Shown piece after piece: positions 1-7,428 of a stretch of DNA of 45,644 nucleotides. Position numbers and translations under genes: made by a program. The stretch comes from a virus. Within the stretch, counting starts at the first letter, position 1, and the number at the start of each line of letters is the position of its first letter. The stretch lies in the IMG/VR virus record IMGVR_UViG_3300045988_119588. One strand, given 5' to 3'. The notes below the pieces were generated by a model. The model saw nothing but the letters and a program-made list of their open reading frames with translations. It made no database searches and was not told the origin of the DNA.

Positions 1-89
1 AAGCGCGAGACGGGGATCGAACCCGCAAAGCATTTTTGTTAGAAATGCCGAAAATACGGGAAATGCTGATAAACACTGGGTTTACAATA
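1..89. repeat. Terminal direct repeat, copy 1 (identical to 45556-45644)
   Basis: Base-by-base comparison of both window ends: 89/89 identical. The repeat coincides exactly with the window edges. Confidence 0.95.
2..46 (-). other. 3' fragment of a tRNA gene; putative attP core
   Basis: The minus strand reads GCGGG-TTCGATC-CCCGT (T arm), CTCGCGC (acceptor 3' strand), T (discriminator), with no CCA. nt 27-46 can form a 6-bp stem with a 7-nt loop. No D arm or GCGCGAG 5' acceptor strand follows, so this is a fragment and not a gene. Confidence 0.6.
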
Positions 90-139
90 ACGTCCAAAAT
101 GTACTATGCGCGATAAAAATACACTATTTACATAGGTTT

Positions 140-182
140 TGCAACGCAATGCACCATGAATGCAACATGAAATGCAACATGG
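140..182 (+). repeat. Four tandem 10-12-nt units (TGCAACGCAA, TGCACCATGAA, TGCAACATGAAA, TGCAACATGG); putative arm-type integrase sites
   Basis: Seen directly. nt 160-181 are identical to 45498-45519 on the other side of the tRNA-like core. The units lie just beyond the int stop codon (187). Confidence 0.5.
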
Positions 183-186
183 ATGA

Positions 187-1437
187 TTATGTAGCAATTC
201 GGTGTTCCTCGATAAATTTCATAAATTCTTTCTGGCTTTTCTTATTATCTTCTTTGCCAAAAAGGGTGAGCCAGGCTCTGTATTTTTCCCACGGCATATT
301 TTCCGAGATCGGATTTGCAATATTATCAAAATATCCATCAATTTTATCATCAACAGCAGTACGGATTTCGGAGAAGGTCTGGGTGTATACTTTTTTCATG
401 ATCTTATCAGACTTCCAGCCTCCGCGCTCCTGAGCATACTTGTCCGGGATACGCAGAGCCGCCATAACGGATGCGTTCAGGTGACGCAGATCATGAAAGG
501 TCATATGCTTAAACCGGTGCTCGTCTTGGAACTTGATCCACTTGTGATAGATCTGGGCTTCGGTCAGGGTAACAAGTCTGTCTCCTGGAACCTTATCAAT
601 CAGAGATTTGATATAGGGCGGAATCCTGTGAGTACGGTTACGGTATTTATTTTTTGCAATTTCTTTGCGGTGATCTTTACCGCCCACAACAACCACAACC
701 TCTGCAATGCGGATGTGATCCCCAGAGATTGATTTTGATTTTGTCAGTCCTCGGATCTCCGACATCGAGAAACTGAGCCAGGCAGCCAGCAGGACCGGCA
801 GCTCCAGCTCGTTGCCTTTGATCGCCGGCAGAAGCGCCTCCGCCGGTATCAGATCCGGCACACGATCAGGGACTTCTGGCAGTTCGATGTTGCGCAGGAC
901 ATCATCCAGAGAGCTTGTATACTTACGGATTACGGATGCAATAAGGCTCCATTCGTTCTGAAGACGCTTTGGGGAAAGTGTCGCACCTTTTTTTCGGTTG
1001 CAAGGACGCTTGGATTCCATATTGATCGATTCCTGCAGGAGTTCCTTGTCCATATCTTTGACACAAATCTGCATCAGGTCCTGAAAACCATTCCGCTGGA
1101 TACACCTATAATCCTGGATAGTAGTAAGAGATCTATTCAGGACAAGACGGGATTCAATGTATTTGTCTATCAATTCTGTAAGCGGAAGAAGAGTATAATC
1201 TACTTTCTTTTGCTTCGGCTGCTTTGCCAGTTCTTCTTCCTTCTGCAGAATAAATTGCGCTGCTGCAAGTTCTACCGCTTTTTTGGTGGGCCCGGTAATG
1301 GTTTTATATTTTCTTGTCGTCTTCTGTTCTCCATTCGGAAGCAGAACAGGAGTGCCGTCTGCATTATAGACCGGTTCTGAGTGACTGTATGGCTTAATAC
1401 ACCATGTTCCACTCGGCAGCTTATAAGGTGTTGCCAT
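187..1437 (-). CDS. int: Tyrosine integrase (phage integrase family)
   Basis: 416 aa. Catalytic signature in the translation: SEIRGLT (Arg I), HDLRHLNAS (His-x-x-Arg), GGWKS...KKVYTQT (Tyr). AGGAGGA RBS 7 nt before the ATG. Adjacent to the attP-like core. Confidence 0.92.
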   Translation of the reverse strand: MATPYKLPSGTWCIKPYSHSEPVYNADGTPVLLPNGEQKTTRKYKTITGPTKKAVELAAAQFILQKEEELAKQPKQKKVDYTLLPLTELIDKYIESRLVLNRSLTTIQDYRCIQRNGFQDLMQICVKDMDKELLQESINMESKRPCNRKKGATLSPKRLQNEWSLIASVIRKYTSSLDDVLRNIELPEVPDRVPDLIPAEALLPAIKGNELELPVLLAAWLSFSMSEIRGLTKSKSISGDHIRIAEVVVVVGGKDHRKEIAKNKYRNRTHRIPPYIKSLIDKVPGDRLVTLTEAQIYHKWIKFQDEHRFKHMTFHDLRHLNASVMAALRIPDKYAQERGGWKSDKIMKKVYTQTFSEIRTAVDDKIDGYFDNIANPISENMPWEKYRAWLTLFGKEDNKKSQKEFMKFIEEHRIAT

Positions 1438-1470
1438 AATATCATCCTCCTAAAAATGGGCATAAAAATG

Positions 1471-1495
1471 CCCGGTGGGTTGAAATTTCACCGGG
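1471..1495 (-). terminator. Hairpin CCCGGTG/CACCGGG followed by CAUUUUUA on the minus strand, between the nuclease gene and int
   Basis: 7-bp stem seen in sequence with a U-rich tail on the minus strand. Further hairpins at 1529-1545 and 1555-1583 make this spacer highly structured. Confidence 0.4.
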
Positions 1496-1593
1496 AAGAT
1501 GATACAATCAGCTTGTGTAGGGCTATTGTATCGGGCTTCCCGATGCGGTTCCTATCAGCTCCGGTGCGCCAACACTGGGGCTGATTTTTTATT

Positions 1594-2880
1594 CTATTCA
1601 ATTATATTATTGATAAGTGCTTGCAATTTGTCTCTGTCCCATAACTTTACGCGGAGACGTTCGGCTTCTGCCTTTGCCTGGGACGTAAAATAATGATTAG
1701 TGAGAACCACAGCGATATCCCTTTTATAAAGATCCTTACCGGTATATGCTTGTTGCACAGCAGCGTTTCCTATGTTTGACGTATAACATTTGCATTGTAT
1801 AGCGTAGGAGTTGCCGTCTTTGTCCGCTAAAATATCTACTCCGTGATCCCCACTGCCCTTCGTAACTTCAACATTTACAAAACCATTTTTCTTTAACAAG
1901 TCGGCACAGTAGTACTCAAATGAATGACCATCCATTTTATCCACAGTATCTAACTGAGATAAAGTTTTGTATATTTTCTGTTTTTCTGCTATACGATTCT
2001 TTAGCTTTTCCTCATAATAAGGCATTTCGTCTCGGATTGCTCTCAAATCAGCAGACGGTGTGCTGTCAGGCAGAAATACACCATATTCTTCAAATTGGGT
2101 CATCCATTGTAAAGTATCAATACAACTATTTAGTGCAGTATGAAATTCATTTTCATTATAAGACTTATTTGCTATTTGCGCATAATGAGAAGCTAACTGT
2201 GTTTTTTGCTCAAGAATAGTCTTTAATTCTTTTATAGTGTAATCGTAATTGCTTAATAGTATAATACGCTTATCTGGATGCAGAATCCGTTGAATTTTAT
2301 TTGCGGATTCTATTCTCTTGAAGTACCAGTTTATAGGGAGACACATATAATCTATGAATTTCATTCGTAATTGTTTTGCATGCAAAATTCTAAAAACAAT
2401 ATTTATGGGTAAAATATATACAGTATAAAAGTATATATCCAGTATTAGTAGTTCCCATATGTAAGGATGACGTCCTAACATGGACGTATCAATCGCAAAA
2501 AGAAATGAAAATATAATAATTATAGATAAACAGGGGATTGAAATAATAAAACGTCTTAAAAAGCGTGGCCCCATTTTTATCATTGAGTTTATTTTGTTAG
2601 AAATAGAGTCCATTTTGTCAGAAAATTTACGCTTTATAGTACGGTCCCCGTTATCTTTTAAATTAAATTCATTATATTCCTTTGGGCGTAACTCTGTCAT
2701 ATGCTCTTTTATATAAGAATCTATTTGCTCCTGCGTAGCAATGATTGAATAAATAGTTTCATTTTTTTGCTTTATGTAGCCGATTTCAACAAGATGTTCA
2801 ATTATATTTTTAGCATAGTAAAATCCTAAATTATATTCTCGCTGTATTCCTGTGATTGTAATTTCGCCTACAGTACTCAT
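1594..2880 (-). CDS. FtsK-gamma-like wHTH + 2 TM helices + C-terminal Mrr-type PD-(D/E)xK nuclease domain (candidate lysogen-expressed defence/exclusion protein)
   Basis: 428 aa. The N-terminus ITITGIQREYNLGFYYAKNIIEHLVEIGYI resembles the FtsK gamma segment [28 protein letters not shown]. Hydrophobic helices at about aa 105-130 and 140-166. The C-terminus GDHGVDILA...YAIQCKCY...VVLTNHYFTSQA matches the Mrr_cat core. AAGGGGA RBS. Visibly AT-rich relative to its neighbours. Confidence 0.8.
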   Translation of the reverse strand: MSTVGEITITGIQREYNLGFYYAKNIIEHLVEIGYIKQKNETIYSIIATQEQIDSYIKEHMTELRPKEYNEFNLKDNGDRTIKRKFSDKMDSISNKINSMIKMGPRFLRRFIISIPCLSIIIIFSFLFAIDTSMLGRHPYIWELLILDIYFYTVYILPINIVFRILHAKQLRMKFIDYMCLPINWYFKRIESANKIQRILHPDKRIILLSNYDYTIKELKTILEQKTQLASHYAQIANKSYNENEFHTALNSCIDTLQWMTQFEEYGVFLPDSTPSADLRAIRDEMPYYEEKLKNRIAEKQKIYKTLSQLDTVDKMDGHSFEYYCADLLKKNGFVNVEVTKGSGDHGVDILADKDGNSYAIQCKCYTSNIGNAAVQQAYTGKDLYKRDIAVVLTNHYFTSQAKAEAERLRVKLWDRDKLQALINNIIE

Positions 2881-2896
2881 TATAAAATCCCCTTTA

Positions 2897-3373
2897 TTAT
2901 ATTAATTCCAGTACAGATAAGCCAGGTTCAAAATAGATAACATAATTATCAATTTTGGCACATACGCCATACTTACTTCGGTAGCACCGGAGTGCATCCA
3001 GTAGAAATTCCTCAGTTACACCCAAGTGTTCCGCCATATCATATGCTGTTTGGCATCCCTCTTTGTAGCATGAGATGATACCATGCAATCCGATCAGCTT
3101 ATTATATCCCCAGAGCCGTGCGTGTAGTTCCTGCTTGCGGTTGGTAGTGTCGGACAGCTCCAGTATAATTCCTTCGGTCGTGTGATAATGTCCCAGTTCT
3201 TCCGAAAGAACACACGCTTTTTCGGCGTCGGTATTCAAACTGTCGCTGACAGCAATATTTCCATCACAGTATAACCCTTTTATTCTAGGACTGCGAAATT
3301 TGCGATCGTAAATAGTAACTCCTTCCGCATCCGGAGAGGATGCAAGTCTTTCATAAGTAGTCAAATATATCAC
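2897..3373 (-). CDS. ImmA/IrrE-like (COG2856) protein, partner of the XRE repressor
   Basis: 158 aa, immediately downstream of the repressor in the same operon. The metal motif is degenerate (SEELGHYH rather than HExxH). The start is ambiguous: GTG 3373 or TTG 3364, the latter with better GAAGGG spacing. Confidence 0.6.
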   Translation of the reverse strand: MIYLTTYERLASSPDAEGVTIYDRKFRSPRIKGLYCDGNIAVSDSLNTDAEKACVLSEELGHYHTTEGIILELSDTTNRKQELHARLWGYNKLIGLHGIISCYKEGCQTAYDMAEHLGVTEEFLLDALRCYRSKYGVCAKIDNYVIYFEPGLSVLELI

Positions 3374-3415
3374 CCTTCTTCACAATAGCAAACCATAAGT
3401 CCTATTTAAAGGACT

Positions 3416-3724
3416 TTATTTCCTTTTGTTTTTGACAAATTCTGCAAATTGACGGATCTCGTCAAGCTCATCTTCTGTAAATTCGGAACCATCAAAGTGA
3501 GCAGCAAGTGTATGAGGTTCGTCTTCAATTCCAAGTAAATCATCAGCCGATACAGACAAGAGATCGGCTAGTTTCTTTATTGTCTGAACACTAGGCTCCC
3601 TATTTCCACTTTCATATAATGAGTAAGTTGATTTTGCTACTCCTATATTTTCAGCAACTTCTTTTTGGGAGTATCCCCTTCTCATTCTTGCATTTCGTAA
3701 ATTTTCATTAAAGTTGTCACCCAT
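3416..3724 (-). CDS. CI-like XRE-family repressor
   Basis: 102 aa from ATG 3724, with AAGGAGG 8 nt upstream (the track ORF starts earlier, at 3772). HTH: RGYSQKEVAENIGVAKSTYSLYESGNREPSVQTIKKLADLLSVSADDLL. Confidence 0.85.
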   Translation of the reverse strand: MGDNFNENLRNARMRRGYSQKEVAENIGVAKSTYSLYESGNREPSVQTIKKLADLLSVSADDLLGIEDEPHTLAAHFDGSEFTEDELDEIRQFAEFVKNKRK

Positions 3725-3748
3725 AATGGAACCTCCTTTATATAAACC

Positions 3749-3777
3749 ATTATATTTAGTAGCTGCAAACATGTCAA
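3749..3777 (-). promoter_or_regulatory. Leftward consensus sigma-70-type promoter for the repressor operon
   Basis: Read on the minus strand: -35 TTGACA (3777-3772), 17-nt spacer, -10 TATAAT (3754-3749). The spacer contains a TGCAAAC half-site. Confidence 0.6.
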
Positions 3778-3808
3778 TAAAAAAGTTTGCAAAAAGTAAA
3801 GAAAAGTA

Positions 3809-3837
3809 TTGACAAGTTTGCTAACAGCAATTATATT
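3809..3837 (+). promoter_or_regulatory. Rightward early promoter (Cro-like operon)
   Basis: -35 TTGACA (3809-3814), 17-nt spacer, -10 TATATT (3832-3837). Confidence 0.55.
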
Positions 3838-3846
3838 ATAATTACA

Positions 3847-3863
3847 GTTTGCAGATTGCAAAC
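3847..3863. promoter_or_regulatory. Operator-like perfect palindrome GTTTGCA-GAT-TGCAAAC
   Basis: Seen directly. The same 7-mer half-site recurs at 3764-3770 and 3785-3791 (an inverted pair with a 14-nt spacer) and at 3816-3821 inside the rightward promoter spacer. Confidence 0.5.
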
Positions 3864-3885
3864 AAACAAGAAAGGAGACGAGAAA

Positions 3886-4080
3886 TTGTTTAGAAATCTT
3901 GAAGCTGAACAAGCACGAAATGGTTTGACCAACGCAGATATGGGTGAAAAATTGGGAATTTCTAGAGTGTCTTATGAAAATAAGAAAAAATCTGGGAAAT
4001 TTACAACATTTGAAATTAAAGCACTTTGCAAATTATTCAAATGCAAATTTGATTACCTTTTTGCAACGGATCAGCAGTAG
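3886..4080 (+). CDS. Cro-like XRE-family HTH protein
   Basis: 64 aa from TTG 3886, with AAAGGAG 7 nt upstream (the track ORF start at 3787 would overlap the promoter). HTH: NGLTNADMGEKLGISRVSYENKKKSG. Divergent from the repressor. Confidence 0.7.
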   Translation: MFRNLEAEQARNGLTNADMGEKLGISRVSYENKKKSGKFTTFEIKALCKLFKCKFDYLFATDQQ

Positions 4081-4097
4081 GGAAGGAGGAATAACCA

Positions 4098-4241
4098 ATG
4101 AGCAAAGTAGATGAGCTGATAGATGCACTGGCGGAGCATATCAAAAAACGTATCGATGAAGGTAATGACATGGAGAATGAGATCACCGAAAAGACGAAGG
4201 CTCTCGCAGAACTGGTGTCTGCAAGAGCCAAAGGATATTAG
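4098..4241 (+). CDS. Small hypothetical protein (47 aa, helical/acidic)
   Basis: Below the ORF-track cutoff. ATG 4098 is preceded by TAGGGAAGGAGG. Translation: MSKVDELIDALAEHIKKRIDEGNDMENEITEKTKALAELVSARAKGY. Confidence 0.5.
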   Translation: MSKVDELIDALAEHIKKRIDEGNDMENEITEKTKALAELVSARAKGY

Positions 4242-4258
4242 GGAAGGAGACAGCAAGA

Positions 4259-4510
4259 ATGGATAAATTCGAAGAGATACTTTCGGAAATTCCGCAGGAG
4301 ATCAAAACACTGGAAGTAGATGTGAAAAAGAAGATCTTTCGTCTGAATGGAATTGACTTCGCTGAGGGATGCGATTTCTTCTCGGTGGAATGTCAAGGTG
4401 GAAAAGGGTTTCGTGTCCGGATGGAACTGAATAAGAAAATCGTATGCACAAACTATGATTTTTGGAATCACAAGCGGGTAGGAGAACCAAAAGTATATGA
4501 CAAGAAATAA
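4259..4510 (+). CDS. Hypothetical protein (83 aa)
   Basis: Track ORF preceded by the conserved junction TTAGGGAAGGAGACAGCAAGAATGG. Confidence 0.6.
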   Translation: MDKFEEILSEIPQEIKTLEVDVKKKIFRLNGIDFAEGCDFFSVECQGGKGFRVRMELNKKIVCTNYDFWNHKRVGEPKVYDKK

Positions 4511-4546
4511 GAATGGGCTAAGAAATTAGGGAAGGAGGCAGCAGGA

Positions 4547-4651
4547 ATGGAGAAAATTGACAGATTATATGCTCTTTTAGAGCGGAATGACATGGATGAG
4601 GACACCAAGGCGGCACTGCGGTGGGCGATATTCGAACTGGAGAGGAAGTGA
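4547..4651 (+). CDS. Small hypothetical protein (34 aa)
   Basis: ATG 4547 is preceded by the same junction, TTAGGGAAGGAGGCAGCAGGAATGG. Translation: MEKIDRLYALLERNDMDEDTKAALRWAIFELERK. Confidence 0.4.
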   Translation: MEKIDRLYALLERNDMDEDTKAALRWAIFELERK

Positions 4652-4656
4652 AAAGG

Positions 4657-4950
4657 ATGCCGAAATCCAATTTCTTGAAAACAGAATCTGTGAGAATGAA
4701 ATATGAAGCCAGGGCGCAGGCAGGCATCAGACGGTACATGTCACTGCGCCGGATCACGGACGATAAGATCGCGGCAAAGCAGAATGTGCAGGCAAGGACG
4801 ATTCAGAACCGCATAAAGGATCCCGGATCTATGCAGTTGAGGGATCTGTGGGATCTGGCAGAGATCCTGGATGCTCCGGTGGGAGAACTGGCCGGCGGAG
4901 ATCTGCCGGAGGAAATGATGGCAAAGTTGATGCAAATGAAATTCGACTAA
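4657..4950 (+). CDS. XRE-like HTH DNA-binding protein
   Basis: 97 aa from ATG 4657 (GAAAAGG upstream). IAAKQNVQARTIQNRIKDPGSMQLRDLWDLAEILDAPVGELAG has an HTH_3-like layout. Confidence 0.65.
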   Translation: MPKSNFLKTESVRMKYEARAQAGIRRYMSLRRITDDKIAAKQNVQARTIQNRIKDPGSMQLRDLWDLAEILDAPVGELAGGDLPEEMMAKLMQMKFD

Positions 4951-5094
4951 AGATTTTGTGCCGTGCCCTGTACGTGGTGTTTCTGACAGCACCACCTCCC
5001 CTCTTATTAGCCTTTTTAGTGTGGTGTCCAGTGCGGTAACTGGGCATCACGTAGAGGGTGCGGACAAGCATTCATTTCAGAAAGGGGTGAGAAC

Positions 5095-5268
5095 TTGAGA
5101 AAGATATTTAACCTGCCGAATCTGCTCGGAGCAGTGGCATTTATAATGCTGTTTATTCTTCCAGCAGGATTTTTTGAAGCAGGCATGTACATATCAGCAC
5201 TGGCATGTGCCGGAGTTGGATATGCTTGCGCGTATCTGTCCATGAAAGAAGATGGGCAAATAAAATAG
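5095..5268 (+). CDS. Small membrane protein (57 aa, 2 predicted TM)
   Basis: TTG 5095 follows AAAGGGGTGA. Hydrophobic helices LLGAVAFIMLFILPAGFF and ISALACAGVGYACAYL. Below the track cutoff. Confidence 0.4.
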   Translation: MRKIFNLPNLLGAVAFIMLFILPAGFFEAGMYISALACAGVGYACAYLSMKEDGQIK

Positions 5269-5359
5269 GATTCCCCACCGACCAAAGTTTGGAATCCTAA
5301 AAATAACACGCAAATGCTATTTATGTGTCTATTATACGGCACGGAAAGGAAAATGTCAA

Positions 5360-5575
5360 ATGAGCAATGATAAGGACCGGTTGGAAGAACTGGAGAAGTT
5401 GGAATGCTGTGTGGCAAATGTGATACACCACATTATCCTGGGTGATTTTAGTGAAGATGATATCCTGTCTGAACTGAGTACCAAGGAAACACTGCGCAGA
5501 GCCTATTGCTTGCTGCAGAATGACGATAAGGCGCGGAAGTTAAAGTATCAGGAGGCAGAAAATGTACCGGTATAG
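5360..5575 (+). CDS. Hypothetical protein (71 aa)
   Basis: Track ORF with GGAAAGGAAAA upstream of the ATG, in the same orientation as the early operon. Confidence 0.55.
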   Translation: MSNDKDRLEELEKLECCVANVIHHIILGDFSEDDILSELSTKETLRRAYCLLQNDDKARKLKYQEAENVPV

Positions 5576-5762
5576 GTGTTATGCCTGTGGTGGCATGTGC
5601 GATGCCGGGGAACTCGAAAACGGTGTCTGTTATGACTGCCGCCAGGAGGATATCCGGAGGATGGAAGCACGAAGCTTGCAGAAGAGGAAGGAACTCAATC
5701 AATTGCTCAAAGCGAAGTATGCGGAGCAGGCTGACGGGCAGATGGTGATGAAATATGGATAA
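5562..5762 (+). CDS. Zinc-ribbon-like small protein (66 aa)
   Basis: CxxC...CxxC pattern (YRCYACGG...GVCYDCRQ), with AGGAGGCAGAAA before the ATG. Confidence 0.55.
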   Translation: MYRYRCYACGGMCDAGELENGVCYDCRQEDIRRMEARSLQKRKELNQLLKAKYAEQADGQMVMKYG

Positions 5763-5854
5763 TGTGATGGAACAAGAACTGGTGGAGCTTGGTCTCCACC
5801 GGGAGGACCTTTATAAGAGACAGCATGAAGCGTATGAACAGGAGGAAAGAAATA

Positions 5855-6808
5855 ATGGAGAATTACGAAGTACAGGTACAGCAGCAGACAGGAAAGATCA
5901 CCTGTGATTTTGAGGGCGCCAAGGCTTACCTGAGTGCAAGATTGGATGAGTACCGTAATGTGGTATTTACCGAAGACAGCAAAAAGGATGCGAAAGCTAC
6001 AGTGGCATCTCTCCGTAAGGAGAAGAAGGCGTTTGCGGATAAGGTAAAGGAAGTCCGTGACGAATATATGAAGCCTTTACAGGAGTTCGCAGATAAGGCA
6101 AAAGAGCTGGTGGATATGTATGATCAGCCTATCAATTTCATCAATGATCAGGTCTCTGCTTTTGAGCAGCGCCGCATTGAGGAAAAGCGGTTGCAGATCA
6201 ATGAACTGTATCAGGATTGTCTTGGAGATATGCAGAAAGAACTACCTTTGCAGAAAATCTATAACAGCAAGTGGGAGAATTCAACCGTGAATCCCACACA
6301 GATCCGCAGAGAGATGATGGAGCGCAAAGAAACTGTGAAGCAGGGATTGGAAGCTATCCGTCAGATGCATTCCGATGTCGAGGACAGGGCTATATCCATG
6401 TTTTTGGAATCTTATGATCTGACAAAGACGATTCTTTATATTAACCAGTATCAGCAGCAACAGAATGAAATCCGTGCAAGGGAGCAGGAGAGAATCCGCC
6501 GTGAAGAGGAAGAACGTATCCGCCGCGAGGAACGGATGAAGCTGGAAGCAGAGCAGAGAGAACGCGAAGCACTGGGAAAAGCGGAGAGAGAGAAACAGGA
6601 AGCTATTGCTGCTGCGGAAGCGGAAAAACAGGCAGCTGTCCAGCAGGCAATCGAAGAAACTGCACAGGAAGTCATTGACAGCATGATCCCGGCTGATTTG
6701 GAGGGAGAAAGTAATCTGTACGAGTACCGCCTGGCACTTACTGCAGATGCCAAGGAAAAACTGGAAACCTATTTGACCAGCGTTGGAATTGATTGGGAGT
6801 TGATCTGA
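5855..6808 (+). CDS. DUF1351-like phage protein (SSAP-associated) with E/R/K-rich coiled coil
   Basis: 317 aa from ATG 5855 (AGGAGGAAAG upstream). The N-terminal region resembles DUF1351 proteins that precede annealing proteins in Firmicute phages. This is assigned from memory of the family, not from a search. Confidence 0.6.
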   Translation: MENYEVQVQQQTGKITCDFEGAKAYLSARLDEYRNVVFTEDSKKDAKATVASLRKEKKAFADKVKEVRDEYMKPLQEFADKAKELVDMYDQPINFINDQVSAFEQRRIEEKRLQINELYQDCLGDMQKELPLQKIYNSKWENSTVNPTQIRREMMERKETVKQGLEAIRQMHSDVEDRAISMFLESYDLTKTILYINQYQQQQNEIRAREQERIRREEEERIRREERMKLEAEQREREALGKAEREKQEAIAAAEAEKQAAVQQAIEETAQEVIDSMIPADLEGESNLYEYRLALTADAKEKLETYLTSVGIDWELI

Positions 6809-7428
6809 TGGATGAAAATTTAAAAATATACAATGCAGTGAGGGTTGTTCCGACCGAAGCCAAGCGGTCGATCACTGGTGGCAGGCTGAAGGGTAAGACG
6901 GAAATCAATCCGATGTGGAGAATCAAGACTCTTACAGATCAGTTTGGTCCTTGCGGAATCGGATGGTACTACGAAGTTACAAAGCAGTGGTTAGAACCTT
7001 CCGGGAATGAGGTCGCAGCCTTTGTAAATATCAATCTGTACATAAAAGTTGCTGGGGAGTGGTCAAAGCCTATTCCCGGGGTTGGTGGAGCCATGTTTGT
7101 TGAGAATCAGAAATCAGGTGAGTATGTGTCGGATGAGTGTTACAAGATGGCTACCACGGATGCTATTTCAGTGGCCTGCAAGCAGCTTGGTATCGGAGCG
7201 GATGTGTACTGGGATGCGGATAAGACCAAGTACACGGATCCTGCGCAGCCTACTGAGAATGACAGCAAAAGACTGGAGCCGGTATTTGCCGAGTTGAAAA
7301 GGATAGGCTACAGTGCTAATTCGGTATGCAAGACCTATAAGATTGCTAGTGTGTATGACTTATCAGATTTGCAGATCAAAGATTTCTTGCAAAAGACCAA
7401 GAATATGCCGGATAAGGAGGCAGGCTGA
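6808..7428 (+). CDS. Rad52/Sak-type single-strand annealing protein
   Basis: 206 aa from ATG 6808 (ATGA overlap with the upstream stop). Signature: KMATTDAISVACKQLGIGADVYW and INPMWRIKTLTDQFGPCGIGWYYE. Confidence 0.7.
   Translation: MDENLKIYNAVRVVPTEAKRSITGGRLKGKTEINPMWRIKTLTDQFGPCGIGWYYEVTKQWLEPSGNEVAAFVNINLYIKVAGEWSKPIPGVGGAMFVENQKSGEYVSDECYKMATTDAISVACKQLGIGADVYWDADKTKYTDPAQPTENDSKRLEPVFAELKRIGYSANSVCKTYKIASVYDLSDLQIKDFLQKTKNMPDKEAG

Noticed and set aside
1-89. A complete tRNA gene (anticodon-like loop CTAACAA, implying AAC/Val) inside the terminal repeat, with the repeats read as attL/attR of an integrated prophage
   Set aside because: Only the T arm and acceptor 3' strand are tRNA-like. 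The sequence upstream of the 6-bp stem has no D arm and no GCGCGAG 5' acceptor strand. The putative anticodon stem is probably phage sequence beyond the crossover. An 89-nt identity that stops exactly at the window ends fits circular closure better.
149-732. Plus-strand ORFs 149-433 and 202-732 overlapping the integrase
   Set aside because: They are antisense shadows of a well-supported integrase gene. ORF 149-433 starts inside the arm-repeat array, and its MHHECNMKCNM translation is simply the repeat read as protein.
6470-6660. Purine-rich repetitive stretch (GAAGAGGAAGAACG...) as a non-coding repeat element
   Set aside because: It is the in-frame E/R/K-rich coiled-coil segment (RREEEERIRREERMKLEAEQREREA) of the DUF1351-like protein.
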